Positions 55,277 to 63,961 of a stretch of DNA of 64,000 nt are shown here, one piece after another. The notes beneath the pieces are model-generated. The model did no database searches, was not told where the DNA came from, and saw only the letters and a list, made by a program, of their open reading frames with translations. Every line of letters starts with the position of its first letter. The stretch's first letter is position 1. Location of the stretch: positions 160,001 to 224,000 of the IMG/VR virus record IMGVR_UViG_3300045988_137032. The stretch is one strand, 5' to 3'. Position numbers and translations under genes: made by a program. Origin of the DNA: a virus.

Positions 55277-55293
55277 TATAATATATCATTATA
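55277..55293 (+). promoter_or_regulatory. AT motif copy 6
   Basis: Divergent spacer between 54856-55185(-) and the protease gene(+). The right half gives TATAAT. Confidence 0.6.
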
Positions 55294-55397
55294 ATTCGAG
55301 ACTTTACGGTAAAATCACTATTCCATAAAGAGCCACCTGAAAACACTAATTTAAGCTTTTAGCCTTTAATACTAATAAAGAAAGGATTGATATATCT

Positions 55398-56276
55398 ATG
55401 ACTCTTGACAAAGACGTTGGTGTGATGTATCTTGCTGAAGAGACTTCTCCTGAGCAGAATACAGTCAAAGATCTCAAGGTTCATAATGATGGTGACGTCT
55501 TCTACGTTGAGTTTGAGTCTTGCATCCATTCATTTGGTGTCATGAACCGTAACTCCCGTATGTATGAAGCTGCTAATATCGAAGAGTGTCTGAAGACCGA
55601 GCGTATTCAGCACTATCTTTCCCATGGTGGTTGGTTTGGTGAGATGAACCATCCGACTCCGAAATATAAAGATCAGCCTCTGGCTCCTGAGCGTATTCGT
55701 GACATTGATATGGAGAATACTTCCCATAAGATGCTGAATCCTCATCTGGAGCGTAATCTTCTGGTTTCCCGTATTCAGAGCGATGCTGGTACTGCTGCTG
55801 GTATGAATCTGGCTAAGAAGATGGTGCAGGGTTTCGTCCCTGGTTTTAGCTGCCGTGCTATTGCAACTATGACCATTAAGAACTCAAAGCCTGTCGTCAA
55901 TGTGCGTCAGATCATTACCTACGACTGGGTTCTGTTCCAGTCTCATCGTGAAGCTGAGCAGATTCGTTCTGTGGATAATAAGTTTATCACGAAGAGTCCT
56001 GATGGTAATAAGGTTATTACCAATAACCATTTCATCAATGAATCTTCTGATATTGCTATTCCCATGAAGGATCTGATTGGTCGTATCTCCAACAGTGATC
56101 CAAACGCTCAGGTTATGCTGGAAGGCTTTGATCTGGATATTGATTCTGTGATGGGCTTCACTCCAAACCGTAAGAATATGATTATCCGTGATCAGGACTC
56201 CAATACTATTTACTGTGGCATCAACCAGAAGTCCAAGCGGATGGTAGATGATTTCTTCCGTTCTTTCGGTAAGTAA
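55398..56276 (+). CDS. prohead maturation protease (T4 gp21-like)
   Basis: AAAGAAAGGA RBS. MNRNSRMYE, WFGEMNHP, GFSCRAI and ITYDWVLFQSHREA follow the order of the T4 gp21 / U9-type motifs N(K/R)NGRxY, GELxHP, FSxRG and D.V..PS...A as I remember them. Confidence 0.55.
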   Translation: MTLDKDVGVMYLAEETSPEQNTVKDLKVHNDGDVFYVEFESCIHSFGVMNRNSRMYEAANIEECLKTERIQHYLSHGGWFGEMNHPTPKYKDQPLAPERIRDIDMENTSHKMLNPHLERNLLVSRIQSDAGTAAGMNLAKKMVQGFVPGFSCRAIATMTIKNSKPVVNVRQIITYDWVLFQSHREAEQIRSVDNKFITKSPDGNKVITNNHFINESSDIAIPMKDLIGRISNSDPNAQVMLEGFDLDIDSVMGFTPNRKNMIIRDQDSNTIYCGINQKSKRMVDDFFRSFGK

Positions 56277-56306
56277 TACTCATACTCATAATGGAGGTGA
56301 GTACAC

Positions 56307-57032
56307 ATGAATTTATCTACACTCGTAACTCGTATCAAGATCGAGCTTGGATTATACTCCATTGCTCTTCCAGTTGAGAATGTCGATCAGTATATCACGG
56401 ATATCATTCAGAATATCACACTAAGAACTTTCAGTACGTATTGTCCTTATAAAGAAACTTACAGATTCGATTTGACTGATCTGAAAAGACTTGAAAAGCA
56501 TGCGAACTGGGAGACTTATCTTCTTCCCGATATCTTCGTAGAAAGAGAAATCATGCAAGTCATTGACGTGCGTTATGATGAAGCTGATATCTCTGGCATT
56601 GGATATTGGGGCGGTGGTATTCCGATTCTCCACGGTAATATGCTGAATCAGGCCATCCTGTCAAATGCAGGTCTCGGTCTAACCAGACAGACAGTTCCGA
56701 AGCTCTTATTCCATTACTATCCTCCTCGGAAAGTTCAGCTGTTCAACGTATTATGTAGTTCACAGCTTGTCTTCGAGATTGGACTAATGCATGATAAGAA
56801 TCTGAACTCTATCACTACCACTATGGAAGAATCCTTCCATAACTTGGCTGTCCTTGATGTGAAGGATGCGCTTTATCAGATGATGAAGCACTACAATGAA
56901 ATCCAGACAGCATATGGTAACATCAACATGAAGATTGATGATTGGCAGTCTGCTGCTGATCAGAGAAAGCAGCTTCTCGATGATTGGGATAACTTGTACC
57001 AGATGGACATCATTCCATTTACATATGGATAA
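56307..57032 (+). CDS. hypothetical (probably head-associated) protein
   Basis: GGAGGTGA RBS, directly downstream of the protease. Terminator at 57082-57127. Confidence 0.6.
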   Translation: MNLSTLVTRIKIELGLYSIALPVENVDQYITDIIQNITLRTFSTYCPYKETYRFDLTDLKRLEKHANWETYLLPDIFVEREIMQVIDVRYDEADISGIGYWGGGIPILHGNMLNQAILSNAGLGLTRQTVPKLLFHYYPPRKVQLFNVLCSSQLVFEIGLMHDKNLNSITTTMEESFHNLAVLDVKDALYQMMKHYNEIQTAYGNINMKIDDWQSAADQRKQLLDDWDNLYQMDIIPFTYG

Positions 57033-57081
57033 AAGACGTTTTCTCTTTCATATTTTTCCTCCTTGATTCATATAACAGCCA

Positions 57082-57127
57082 GAAGATGACCCGTACTTAG
57101 TTTTGATTCTAAGTACGGGTCATCTTC
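57082..57127. terminator. bidirectional terminator
   Basis: 19-bp stem GAAGATGACCCGTACTTAG / CTAAGTACGGGTCATCTTC. Confidence 0.75.
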
Positions 57128-57129
57128 AC

Positions 57130-57315
57130 TTACAGATTACCGTATTTCTCGTTCATCTGCTTTGTAGTCATCTTTGAGTTCTTACGGGTAGTCAGGTAGT
57201 CATCGACCTTCTCATAGAGAAGTGCTGCCAGACCAATGCCGAAGAGAACAGCATAGACGGGAAATGCATCTTCACACATTTTCTGATAGTCGCTGTAAGA
57301 CATATGTACGTCCAT
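57130..57315 (-). CDS. small membrane protein
   Basis: ATG 57315 follows GGAGGTATATTATC. TM segment FPVYAVLFGIGLAALLY. Confidence 0.45.
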   Translation of the reverse strand: MDVHMSYSDYQKMCEDAFPVYAVLFGIGLAALLYEKVDDYLTTRKNSKMTTKQMNEKYGNL

Positions 57316-57335
57316 GATAATATACCTCCAAAAAT

Positions 57336-57500
57336 TTATCTCGTTCCACCTAAGATAATCATAACTATGAAAACCACAAGCAGAATACAACCGAATGAGA
57401 TTGCCGCTTTAACAACAAATGCAATCGTTGAAAAAATCAATGCGACAACACCGATTACAAATATAATGAAAGCCAATAGTAATAAAAGACATCCACACAT
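57336..57500 (-). CDS. small, very hydrophobic membrane protein
   Basis: ATG 57500 lies 7 nt after GGAGGA (alternative ATG at 57506). Two TM segments. Confidence 0.4.
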   Translation of the reverse strand: MCGCLLLLLAFIIFVIGVVALIFSTIAFVVKAAISFGCILLVVFIVMIILGGTR

Positions 57501-57579
57501 ATTCATTCCTCCAAAAAAAGTAAAGAAGTAATAGATTGGACATCTTTCATCCATCTATTACTTCTTCGTTGTATTTGGT

Positions 57580-57888
57580 TTACTTTTTTAACCGATTATT
57601 ACAACAAGTGGAACAGCACTCATGCTGGCAATAATGCTCTTTTGCTTCCGGAGTTTTCTTATATACTGAAACGATATACTGAAGTTCTCTCAGCATATTC
57701 TTAGAATACTCACATCCAGGACATGCACAATTCTTACGAGCATTAATCTCATCTTTCAGCCATTCCTCAATCATAGGAATGCAAGTGCAGTTTGCTGTAC
57801 GACCATTCTTACCAGTCCAAGGTAAATCAAGAGGAGTTCCAGCGCTTCTCTTACCACCACTACCATGCTGGTAGTATTTCATGTCCAC
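57580..57888 (-). CDS. Cys-rich small protein
   Basis: GTG start 6 nt after GAAGGTGA. Cysteine clusters include CTC, CACPGC and CQHECCSTCC. Confidence 0.5.
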   Translation of the reverse strand: MDMKYYQHGSGGKRSAGTPLDLPWTGKNGRTANCTCIPMIEEWLKDEINARKNCACPGCEYSKNMLRELQYIVSVYKKTPEAKEHYCQHECCSTCCNNRLKK

Positions 57889-57890
57889 AA

Positions 57891-58133
57891 TTAATCACCT
57901 TCTTTATTTTCATCATAATGTGTGTATCTATATAGAAAATAGAATCCTCCGAGAAATGCTGCTACACCAACAAAAATATCTCCGGGATTCTGGATCATAA
58001 TCAGATACTTCGGCACATCCAAATTACTCATAGTAAGTCTTACTGTAATGACGATTCCAGCAAGGAACATAATAAACGCTGTATGCTTATACAGCATTTT
58101 CATTACATGATTATGATGATCGCTCTTTTTCAT
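57891..58133 (-). CDS. small membrane protein
   Basis: ATG 58133 follows GGAGGCTTCACGA. Two TM segments. Confidence 0.45.
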   Translation of the reverse strand: MKKSDHHNHVMKMLYKHTAFIMFLAGIVITVRLTMSNLDVPKYLIMIQNPGDIFVGVAAFLGGFYFLYRYTHYDENKEGD

Positions 58134-58192
58134 TCGTGAAGCCTCCATTCTCATGTTTTCTGTTAATTGATTGTCCGTAGGAGTATTTATAC

Positions 58193-58234
58193 AAAAAAAT
58201 CCACAGTGAGTTTATCCCCACTGTGGATTTTATT
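58193..58234. terminator. bidirectional terminator
   Basis: A7 run, stem AATCCACAGTG / CACTGTGGATT, T run. Confidence 0.75.
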
Positions 58235-58237
58235 TAC

Positions 58238-60601
58238 TTAGTCTACAGGATCATCAATTGTCACAGCCAGAATCTTATTCCGACTATTACCACACTTGAA
58301 GACCTTCTTCGGAGATGCTGCTCTAGTAAGCAAAGGAACATCACCAGAAGAAATCGATTCATTGCCAGTCTTGGTATATGCATTGATCGTGCTACCGGGT
58401 TTAATCCCGCAGACTCTGACAAGACGCTCATTAGAATCCATCGTAAGGAGAGAAACCATTTCCTTCTTCTTAGTCAGAGGGAAATACTTCATCTCAGTCA
58501 CCTTTGCTCTGCCGAGATCAGTGACATAGAGAATGAATTTGTCCTTGGAAGAGATTCCGTTAAAGCCAACGCAATACTCGTTCTTGGAAAGGTTAATCAT
58601 AGCCTTTCCCTGAGCAGCAGGCTTCAATACAGGAATATCGGAAAGCTCTTTCCGGAGTCCATTACCTTCATCGGTATAGATCACAATGTTGTTGATAGAC
58701 TTATCAATAGAGAAAGCAACGTTAACGAGCTCATCTCCATCTGTCACATTGATTACAGACATGGTCTTGAAGTTGGAAGAAAGCTCATTGATATTGATAG
58801 CCTTCATGATACCATTTCTGGTAAGGAAGATACCAAAGATAGAATGCTTCTCAAGCTGAGCCTTTGTAGGTTGACGAAGAACTGCAACCACCTTGTCAAT
58901 CCCCTTGCAATATCTTGCCAGAGGAATGCCATCATCATCAGGAGTTGCATCAGGGAGAGTATGAACCGGAATACGATACGCAATGCCATTGCTGTCAAAT
59001 ACGATCAAAGACCGTTCGTTATTGACAGGAATCACCATCGTACGAGTGCTCATCTTTTCCCCGATCTTACCAACATTACTCTCTTCGAGGAGTACCTTCT
59101 TAATGAATCCATCCTCAGAGACAGCAACGCAATGATCAGTGGCTTCAATTTCATCATCATTGCCTTCTTTCACAACGGCGCTCTTACGAGGAGTACCAAA
59201 CATCTTAATGCCATCTTTCAGCTGCTGGATGATAACTTCATCAATCTTGGAATCATTATCCAGAGTAGCTTCCAGATCTTTAATCTGCTTGATAAGCTCA
59301 GGGCCCTTTGCCTTATATGCGCTATAAGCTTCCTTCGTGAATGCCTGAATACGCATATTAGAAATGGTGGTTGCTTGCTGTGAATTGATACCGTACTTGG
59401 CCATCAATGCTTTTGCAAATGTGTCCTTGTTAGCAGACTCACGTGCAAGCTTGATGGTAGCTTCTGCATTCTTTCCCTCAAGGATAAGAAGCAGAGCATC
59501 GTTGATATTCTTCTCTTCCATCGTAGCAATCAGCTTCGAGTTAAAAGAAGAACGTACGGTATCTCTACGATAGGAAATCCAATCCAGAAGGAAAGACTTT
59601 ACACCGTAGTCATAATCACGATAGTCATCGACCATCTTAAGACCAACCGGATAAGTCTTCTTCAGACCAGTTCCCTTCGTATAGAGTTTCTCGATCGTTT
59701 GATAAGGATTTGCGTTCTGGTCGAGATAGATAAGCGTTTTCACCGTACGCTCACCAGAGTAATCCTTGATGTCTTTGATCTCATCAAAGACCTTCTTCTC
59801 ACGAAGTTCAACGATCTTACGGATAATGTCGTCGATAGTAGTCTGAAGAGGAATAGAGGTAATCGTAATGATATTCCTCTGAGAATCCACTTCGCATCTA
59901 CCACGAAGTGTGAATGTGCCAATACCATCGGTATTGATCTTCTGGAATTGGCCATCATCCACAATGTCTGCTCCCGTAGGAGAATCCGGAATCAAGAGAA
60001 TCTTTGCATCCGAGTTCTTCAGGAGCGTAATGGTTGCATCCAAAACTTCCTTGAAGTTGAACGGAGGAATATTAGATGCAAATGCATAACCAATACCAGA
60101 CAGCTGAGGATTGATCAATGCATTGGGATATTTTGCAGGAAGATATTCAGGCTCCACATCGTCTCCAGTATACGTAGGCTTCATGTCTACATTGGAGATA
60201 TCGAAATCCTTGAAGAAGCATTCCAGTGCATACTTAGAGAGTTTGCACTCGATGTATCGAGAAGCTGCTGCTTCATCGGACTTATAGGAACCGAAGTTAC
60301 CCTGACCTTCAACTGTAGTCAGATTATTTGCAATCGGAGAAGCCATCTTTGCACCAACGTCTTCAACCGATGCAGAGCCATGAGGATGATATGCTGCTGT
60401 TGTATCGGCAGCAGCTTTTGCCATCTTAATGAATTGAGTACGACCCTTTCCCTTATAGAGAGAATACAGGAATCGTCTCTGGACAGGTTTCAATCCGTCA
60501 ATCATAGACGGGATAATACGATAGAGGTTCTTATTTGCACCAAAGAGCTTGATGTAATTTTCACACTCTTCTGCAAGATTCTTACGAATTATTTGCTCCA
60601 T
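58238..60601 (-). CDS. type IIA topoisomerase, A (GyrA/ParC-like) subunit
   Basis: ATG 60601 follows AAAGGTGA. AAYHPHGSASVEDVGAKMA..VEGQGNFGS. Active-site Tyr context AAASRYIECKLS. Long C-terminal domain present, with no GyrA-box (QRRGGKG) seen. Confidence 0.85.
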   Translation of the reverse strand: MEQIIRKNLAEECENYIKLFGANKNLYRIIPSMIDGLKPVQRRFLYSLYKGKGRTQFIKMAKAAADTTAAYHPHGSASVEDVGAKMASPIANNLTTVEGQGNFGSYKSDEAAASRYIECKLSKYALECFFKDFDISNVDMKPTYTGDDVEPEYLPAKYPNALINPQLSGIGYAFASNIPPFNFKEVLDATITLLKNSDAKILLIPDSPTGADIVDDGQFQKINTDGIGTFTLRGRCEVDSQRNIITITSIPLQTTIDDIIRKIVELREKKVFDEIKDIKDYSGERTVKTLIYLDQNANPYQTIEKLYTKGTGLKKTYPVGLKMVDDYRDYDYGVKSFLLDWISYRRDTVRSSFNSKLIATMEEKNINDALLLILEGKNAEATIKLARESANKDTFAKALMAKYGINSQQATTISNMRIQAFTKEAYSAYKAKGPELIKQIKDLEATLDNDSKIDEVIIQQLKDGIKMFGTPRKSAVVKEGNDDEIEATDHCVAVSEDGFIKKVLLEESNVGKIGEKMSTRTMVIPVNNERSLIVFDSNGIAYRIPVHTLPDATPDDDGIPLARYCKGIDKVVAVLRQPTKAQLEKHSIFGIFLTRNGIMKAININELSSNFKTMSVINVTDGDELVNVAFSIDKSINNIVIYTDEGNGLRKELSDIPVLKPAAQGKAMINLSKNEYCVGFNGISSKDKFILYVTDLGRAKVTEMKYFPLTKKKEMVSLLTMDSNERLVRVCGIKPGSTINAYTKTGNESISSGDVPLLTRAASPKKVFKCGNSRNKILAVTIDDPVD

Positions 60602-60694
60602 AAAAATCACCTTTCATATTTCTTTTGGTAGTTTGTATTTACATAATACACCATCCTATATATACGTTACTTAGACTATTGATTTACAGAAAGA

Positions 60695-60741
60695 ATGATA
60701 TGGACAGTGTAACTACACGAGGTAATACACTGTCCATATCA
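60695..60741 (-). terminator. terminator between the topoisomerase subunit genes
   Basis: 17-bp stem ATGATATGGACAGTGTA / TACACTGTCCATATCAT. Confidence 0.65.
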
Positions 60742-60777
60742 TAACATGATGAAGAGAGTTTTCAATGAATGAATTAA

Positions 60778-63201
60778 TTAGTTGTCCAGATCATCGCGTT
60801 TAATTTTGTAAGCACTCATCATCTCTTTACGTGCACGGAGATCATCCTCCGTAGTACCATGAAGCTTTGCAAAGATCTTCAGATCATGCTCCACATCATC
60901 CATGGTGAGCTGAATGAGAATGCGATTATTGGGATCAAGAGTAGTATCCCAAAGTTCCTTACCATTTGCTTCACCAAGTCCCTTAAAGCGAGACAGAATA
61001 CGTGCTTTGTACTTATTGGCAGAATCAAGGAATTCGCCAATGCTCATCTTCTGCTCAGGGCCATCCTTCTCACGAACCTTCATACCATATCCATATTCTT
61101 CATAGATCGGAATGAGGTCTTCGACCTTCTTGATGAAACGGTCAGTAATCTTGATGGACTGGAACTTACCATCGATAATACCAGTAATGGATCCCTTGTC
61201 AGTTACTTTCAACTCAGGGAATTTCTTCTGGAGCATCTCGGTAAACTTCAGCAGGAACTTCTGGTTCGCAAAGAGAGATGCAATATCACTCTTAGCATAT
61301 CCATTCATAACGAGATAGGCTGCAATTCGTTCCACAAGGAACTTATTGACGCCGAAGTGATTTGCTACACGGGTCAGCTCATCAGGATAGAATTCAGTAT
61401 CATAGATGAACTGCTTAAAGACAGAATTCTTCAGATAGTCTTTACCAGCGCTTTTAAGGATAACCTTGTAGTTCTTCAGTACCTTATCCTGATATGCTTC
61501 GATGTACTCGTTCTTTGAACGGACAAACGGAGTCTTCTTATCATCAATATGATACAGAGGAGCAATTGCCTTATAGAGCTTACCAGCCTTTACCAGCTCC
61601 GGCATATACAGTGCATGGAAAGCACCAATACCAGAGGAGATATTATAGCCATCGACATCAGAGTCTGTCTCAATGATAATCTTGTCATAGTAGCAATTGG
61701 CAAGATTAAACTTGGGGCCAAAGTTCGTCTTCAGAAGTTTGACGTAGGTATACCATTCCTTATTATTCAGAATGGTAGCAGCATCTCTCTTGAAGCCATT
61801 GGCCGTAACACCACGGAAGCTAAAGAATGCCTGTGTATCAGGATCACGTCCGTTCACCAGAGAACCTGCTGCGGAACGTCCCTCACAGATATGCAGTTCC
61901 TTATATGCTTTACCGTCGTTGTTACAGGGAGTAAAGTTTGGAATCTTATGCTTGTCGAACTTATTGACAGTTTCCTTGATTGTCTGCTCACGAATCTTGG
62001 ATGCATCAACACGAGCTTTGCAGTTCGTCTTAATGACCTTCACGATAGATGCAAGTTCATCCTTATGCTCAGAATCAGTATAGTACTTCTCCAGAGCATC
62101 CGTAGCAATTTGCTTAATAGGATTAAACAGCATATCGTTGGAGATCTCATTCTTCGTCTGACCAACGAACTGCATCTGAGCATCCGTGAAGATATTCACA
62201 ACCAGATTCATACCGGATTCGATATCAACCTTCAGAATGGAATACTTATTCTTCTCACGGTCAGACAGAGCCTCATTGGTCTTCTTCATAAAGAATCTCC
62301 AGATAGCTTCACGTACTGCATTCAGATGAACACCACCAGAGGTAGTATTGACATAGTTACAGAACGAATCCACCCAAGGCTCCAGAGTCGTAGAATAGCA
62401 GAAGGAAAACTGCAAGGAAAGACTTCTCTTGATCGTCTTCTCTCCACGATAGTCTTCTGTCAGTTTGGTATCTCCGGAGAAATTCTTCGGCTTAATGAGC
62501 ATCGTATCCGTCACATGAGACTTCAAGAGATCACTCAGATTACCGGACTTATACTTCGTGGTAGAGATCACTTTCTCCATACCCTTCACAACCGTATAGA
62601 CGATCTTACAATCGGAAGGGATAAAATACGAAATACCATCCAGCCATTCTTTCAGATCATCCTTATTGATGATTGCAGATTTTCCGAGGTACTTCGTAGA
62701 GGGAATAAACTTGAGAATACAACCGTGCTTCTTAGAAGTTTTTCTCGTAGAATCTTTCACAAGATTGCCGGATTCAAACTCAATGGTATGACATGTACCA
62801 TCACGGTGAGATTCCCAACGGAATAACGAAGACAGAGCATTGGTTGCAGTCAGACCAACACCGTTTTCGCCAGAGGAAGCACCACCCTGTTCACGGGTGA
62901 ACTTACTACCGGAATTTAACTTAGTGCAAAGAATCGTCATCGGGATTTCAGCAGTCTCAGGAATACCACGACCATCATCCTCTACCTTCAGAGAACCATC
63001 GTTCACATCCAGAGTTACCTCGATATTCTTTGCAGGACTTTTAGGGTTGGCACATTCATCAATAGCATTCTGAATAACTTCCTTTGCCAGATGCAATGCA
63101 CCCTTACGGCCGACATACGAAATATACATGCCGGTCTTCATTTGAATCTTTTGAATATCCGACTCGATGTATTCCATCTTGTCATCTTTGTATTGTGCCA
63201 T
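60778..63201 (-). CDS. type IIA topoisomerase, B (GyrB/ParE-like) ATPase-TOPRIM subunit
   Basis: AGAAAGGGCG RBS. GHKL motifs EVIQNAIDE, DDGRGIP and GENGVGLTATNALS. TOPRIM ELHICEGRSAAGS and IIIETDSDVDGYNI. RFKGLGEANGKELWDTTLDP. Confidence 0.9.
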   Translation of the reverse strand: MAQYKDDKMEYIESDIQKIQMKTGMYISYVGRKGALHLAKEVIQNAIDECANPKSPAKNIEVTLDVNDGSLKVEDDGRGIPETAEIPMTILCTKLNSGSKFTREQGGASSGENGVGLTATNALSSLFRWESHRDGTCHTIEFESGNLVKDSTRKTSKKHGCILKFIPSTKYLGKSAIINKDDLKEWLDGISYFIPSDCKIVYTVVKGMEKVISTTKYKSGNLSDLLKSHVTDTMLIKPKNFSGDTKLTEDYRGEKTIKRSLSLQFSFCYSTTLEPWVDSFCNYVNTTSGGVHLNAVREAIWRFFMKKTNEALSDREKNKYSILKVDIESGMNLVVNIFTDAQMQFVGQTKNEISNDMLFNPIKQIATDALEKYYTDSEHKDELASIVKVIKTNCKARVDASKIREQTIKETVNKFDKHKIPNFTPCNNDGKAYKELHICEGRSAAGSLVNGRDPDTQAFFSFRGVTANGFKRDAATILNNKEWYTYVKLLKTNFGPKFNLANCYYDKIIIETDSDVDGYNISSGIGAFHALYMPELVKAGKLYKAIAPLYHIDDKKTPFVRSKNEYIEAYQDKVLKNYKVILKSAGKDYLKNSVFKQFIYDTEFYPDELTRVANHFGVNKFLVERIAAYLVMNGYAKSDIASLFANQKFLLKFTEMLQKKFPELKVTDKGSITGIIDGKFQSIKITDRFIKKVEDLIPIYEEYGYGMKVREKDGPEQKMSIGEFLDSANKYKARILSRFKGLGEANGKELWDTTLDPNNRILIQLTMDDVEHDLKIFAKLHGTTEDDLRARKEMMSAYKIKRDDLDN

Positions 63202-63304
63202 AAAATCGCCCTTTCTATTTTCATGCGTAGTCCTATACGGATTAAATGAAAGTTTCCCATATTCTTGGATTAAATCCTTCGGAACATAGTAACTTGTCTA
63301 GCAT

Positions 63305-63358
63305 GAAAAAAAGAATCCCACATGAATCGACTATCGAAATCATGTGGGATTCTTTTAT
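63305..63358. terminator. bidirectional terminator
   Basis: A run, stem AAGAATCCCACATGA / TCATGTGGGATTCTT, T run. Confidence 0.75.
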
Positions 63359-63430
63359 TTAACTGCAGTTAAATACAGCAATTTTGACGCGATTGCTATA
63401 CTTAGAATTTCGACTTACCTAAGTCTGGAA

Positions 63431-63961
63431 TTAGTACCAACCACCGGTAGCACCATTGTTGTGGTTACCACCATTCTTATGATTCTTCTTGTTGCCGCTG
63501 ATCTCATCATCCTTGATGACGATGCTCAGGAACTTACGGTCGACCTTGTTGGCCAGCTTCTCACGGTTCATGGTGCAGAAGTGGGAACGCTCAACGGGAA
63601 CACCAGGACGCATCATGCCCTTTGCGAAACCGATCTGGTCACGAACCTCACGCATTGCGTTGACCTGCTTATCGAAATCGTCCAGACCAACTGCAACGGA
63701 AGGAATGTCACGGCCGCAGATACGGCAGGTGATCATACCATCTGCACTCTTATAGGTGGCTGCCTTGCGCTTGCCCTTCTTGTTGTTGAAGCAGTGCATG
63801 CAGCCTGTCTTCAGCATCTTCTTATCGCCCTTATTCAAGCCCTTCAGCTTGAAGCGCTTGGACAGATGATCGGAAATGCTGGAGATGGGATCAGACATGG
63901 CCTTGCTGGCGAGCATCTGATTCATCGAACGCTCGTCGATCTTCTTGCCGATCTTGGCCAT
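63431..63961 (-). CDS. basic zinc-ribbon protein with Asn/Gly-rich tail; start uncertain
   Basis: CMHC...CRIC motif. G/C-ending codon usage. The reading frame stays open from 63961 to the window edge at 64000, so the true start may lie outside the window. Confidence 0.55.
   Translation of the reverse strand: MAKIGKKIDERSMNQMLASKAMSDPISSISDHLSKRFKLKGLNKGDKKMLKTGCMHCFNNKKGKRKAATYKSADGMITCRICGRDIPSVAVGLDDFDKQVNAMREVRDQIGFAKGMMRPGVPVERSHFCTMNREKLANKVDRKFLSIVIKDDEISGNKKNHKNGGNHNNGATGGWY

Noticed and set aside
58223-62826. Long plus-strand ORFs 58223-59383, 59699-60631, 60859-61518 and 61549-62826
   Set aside because: All are antisense to the topoisomerase subunit genes, whose motifs are unambiguous.
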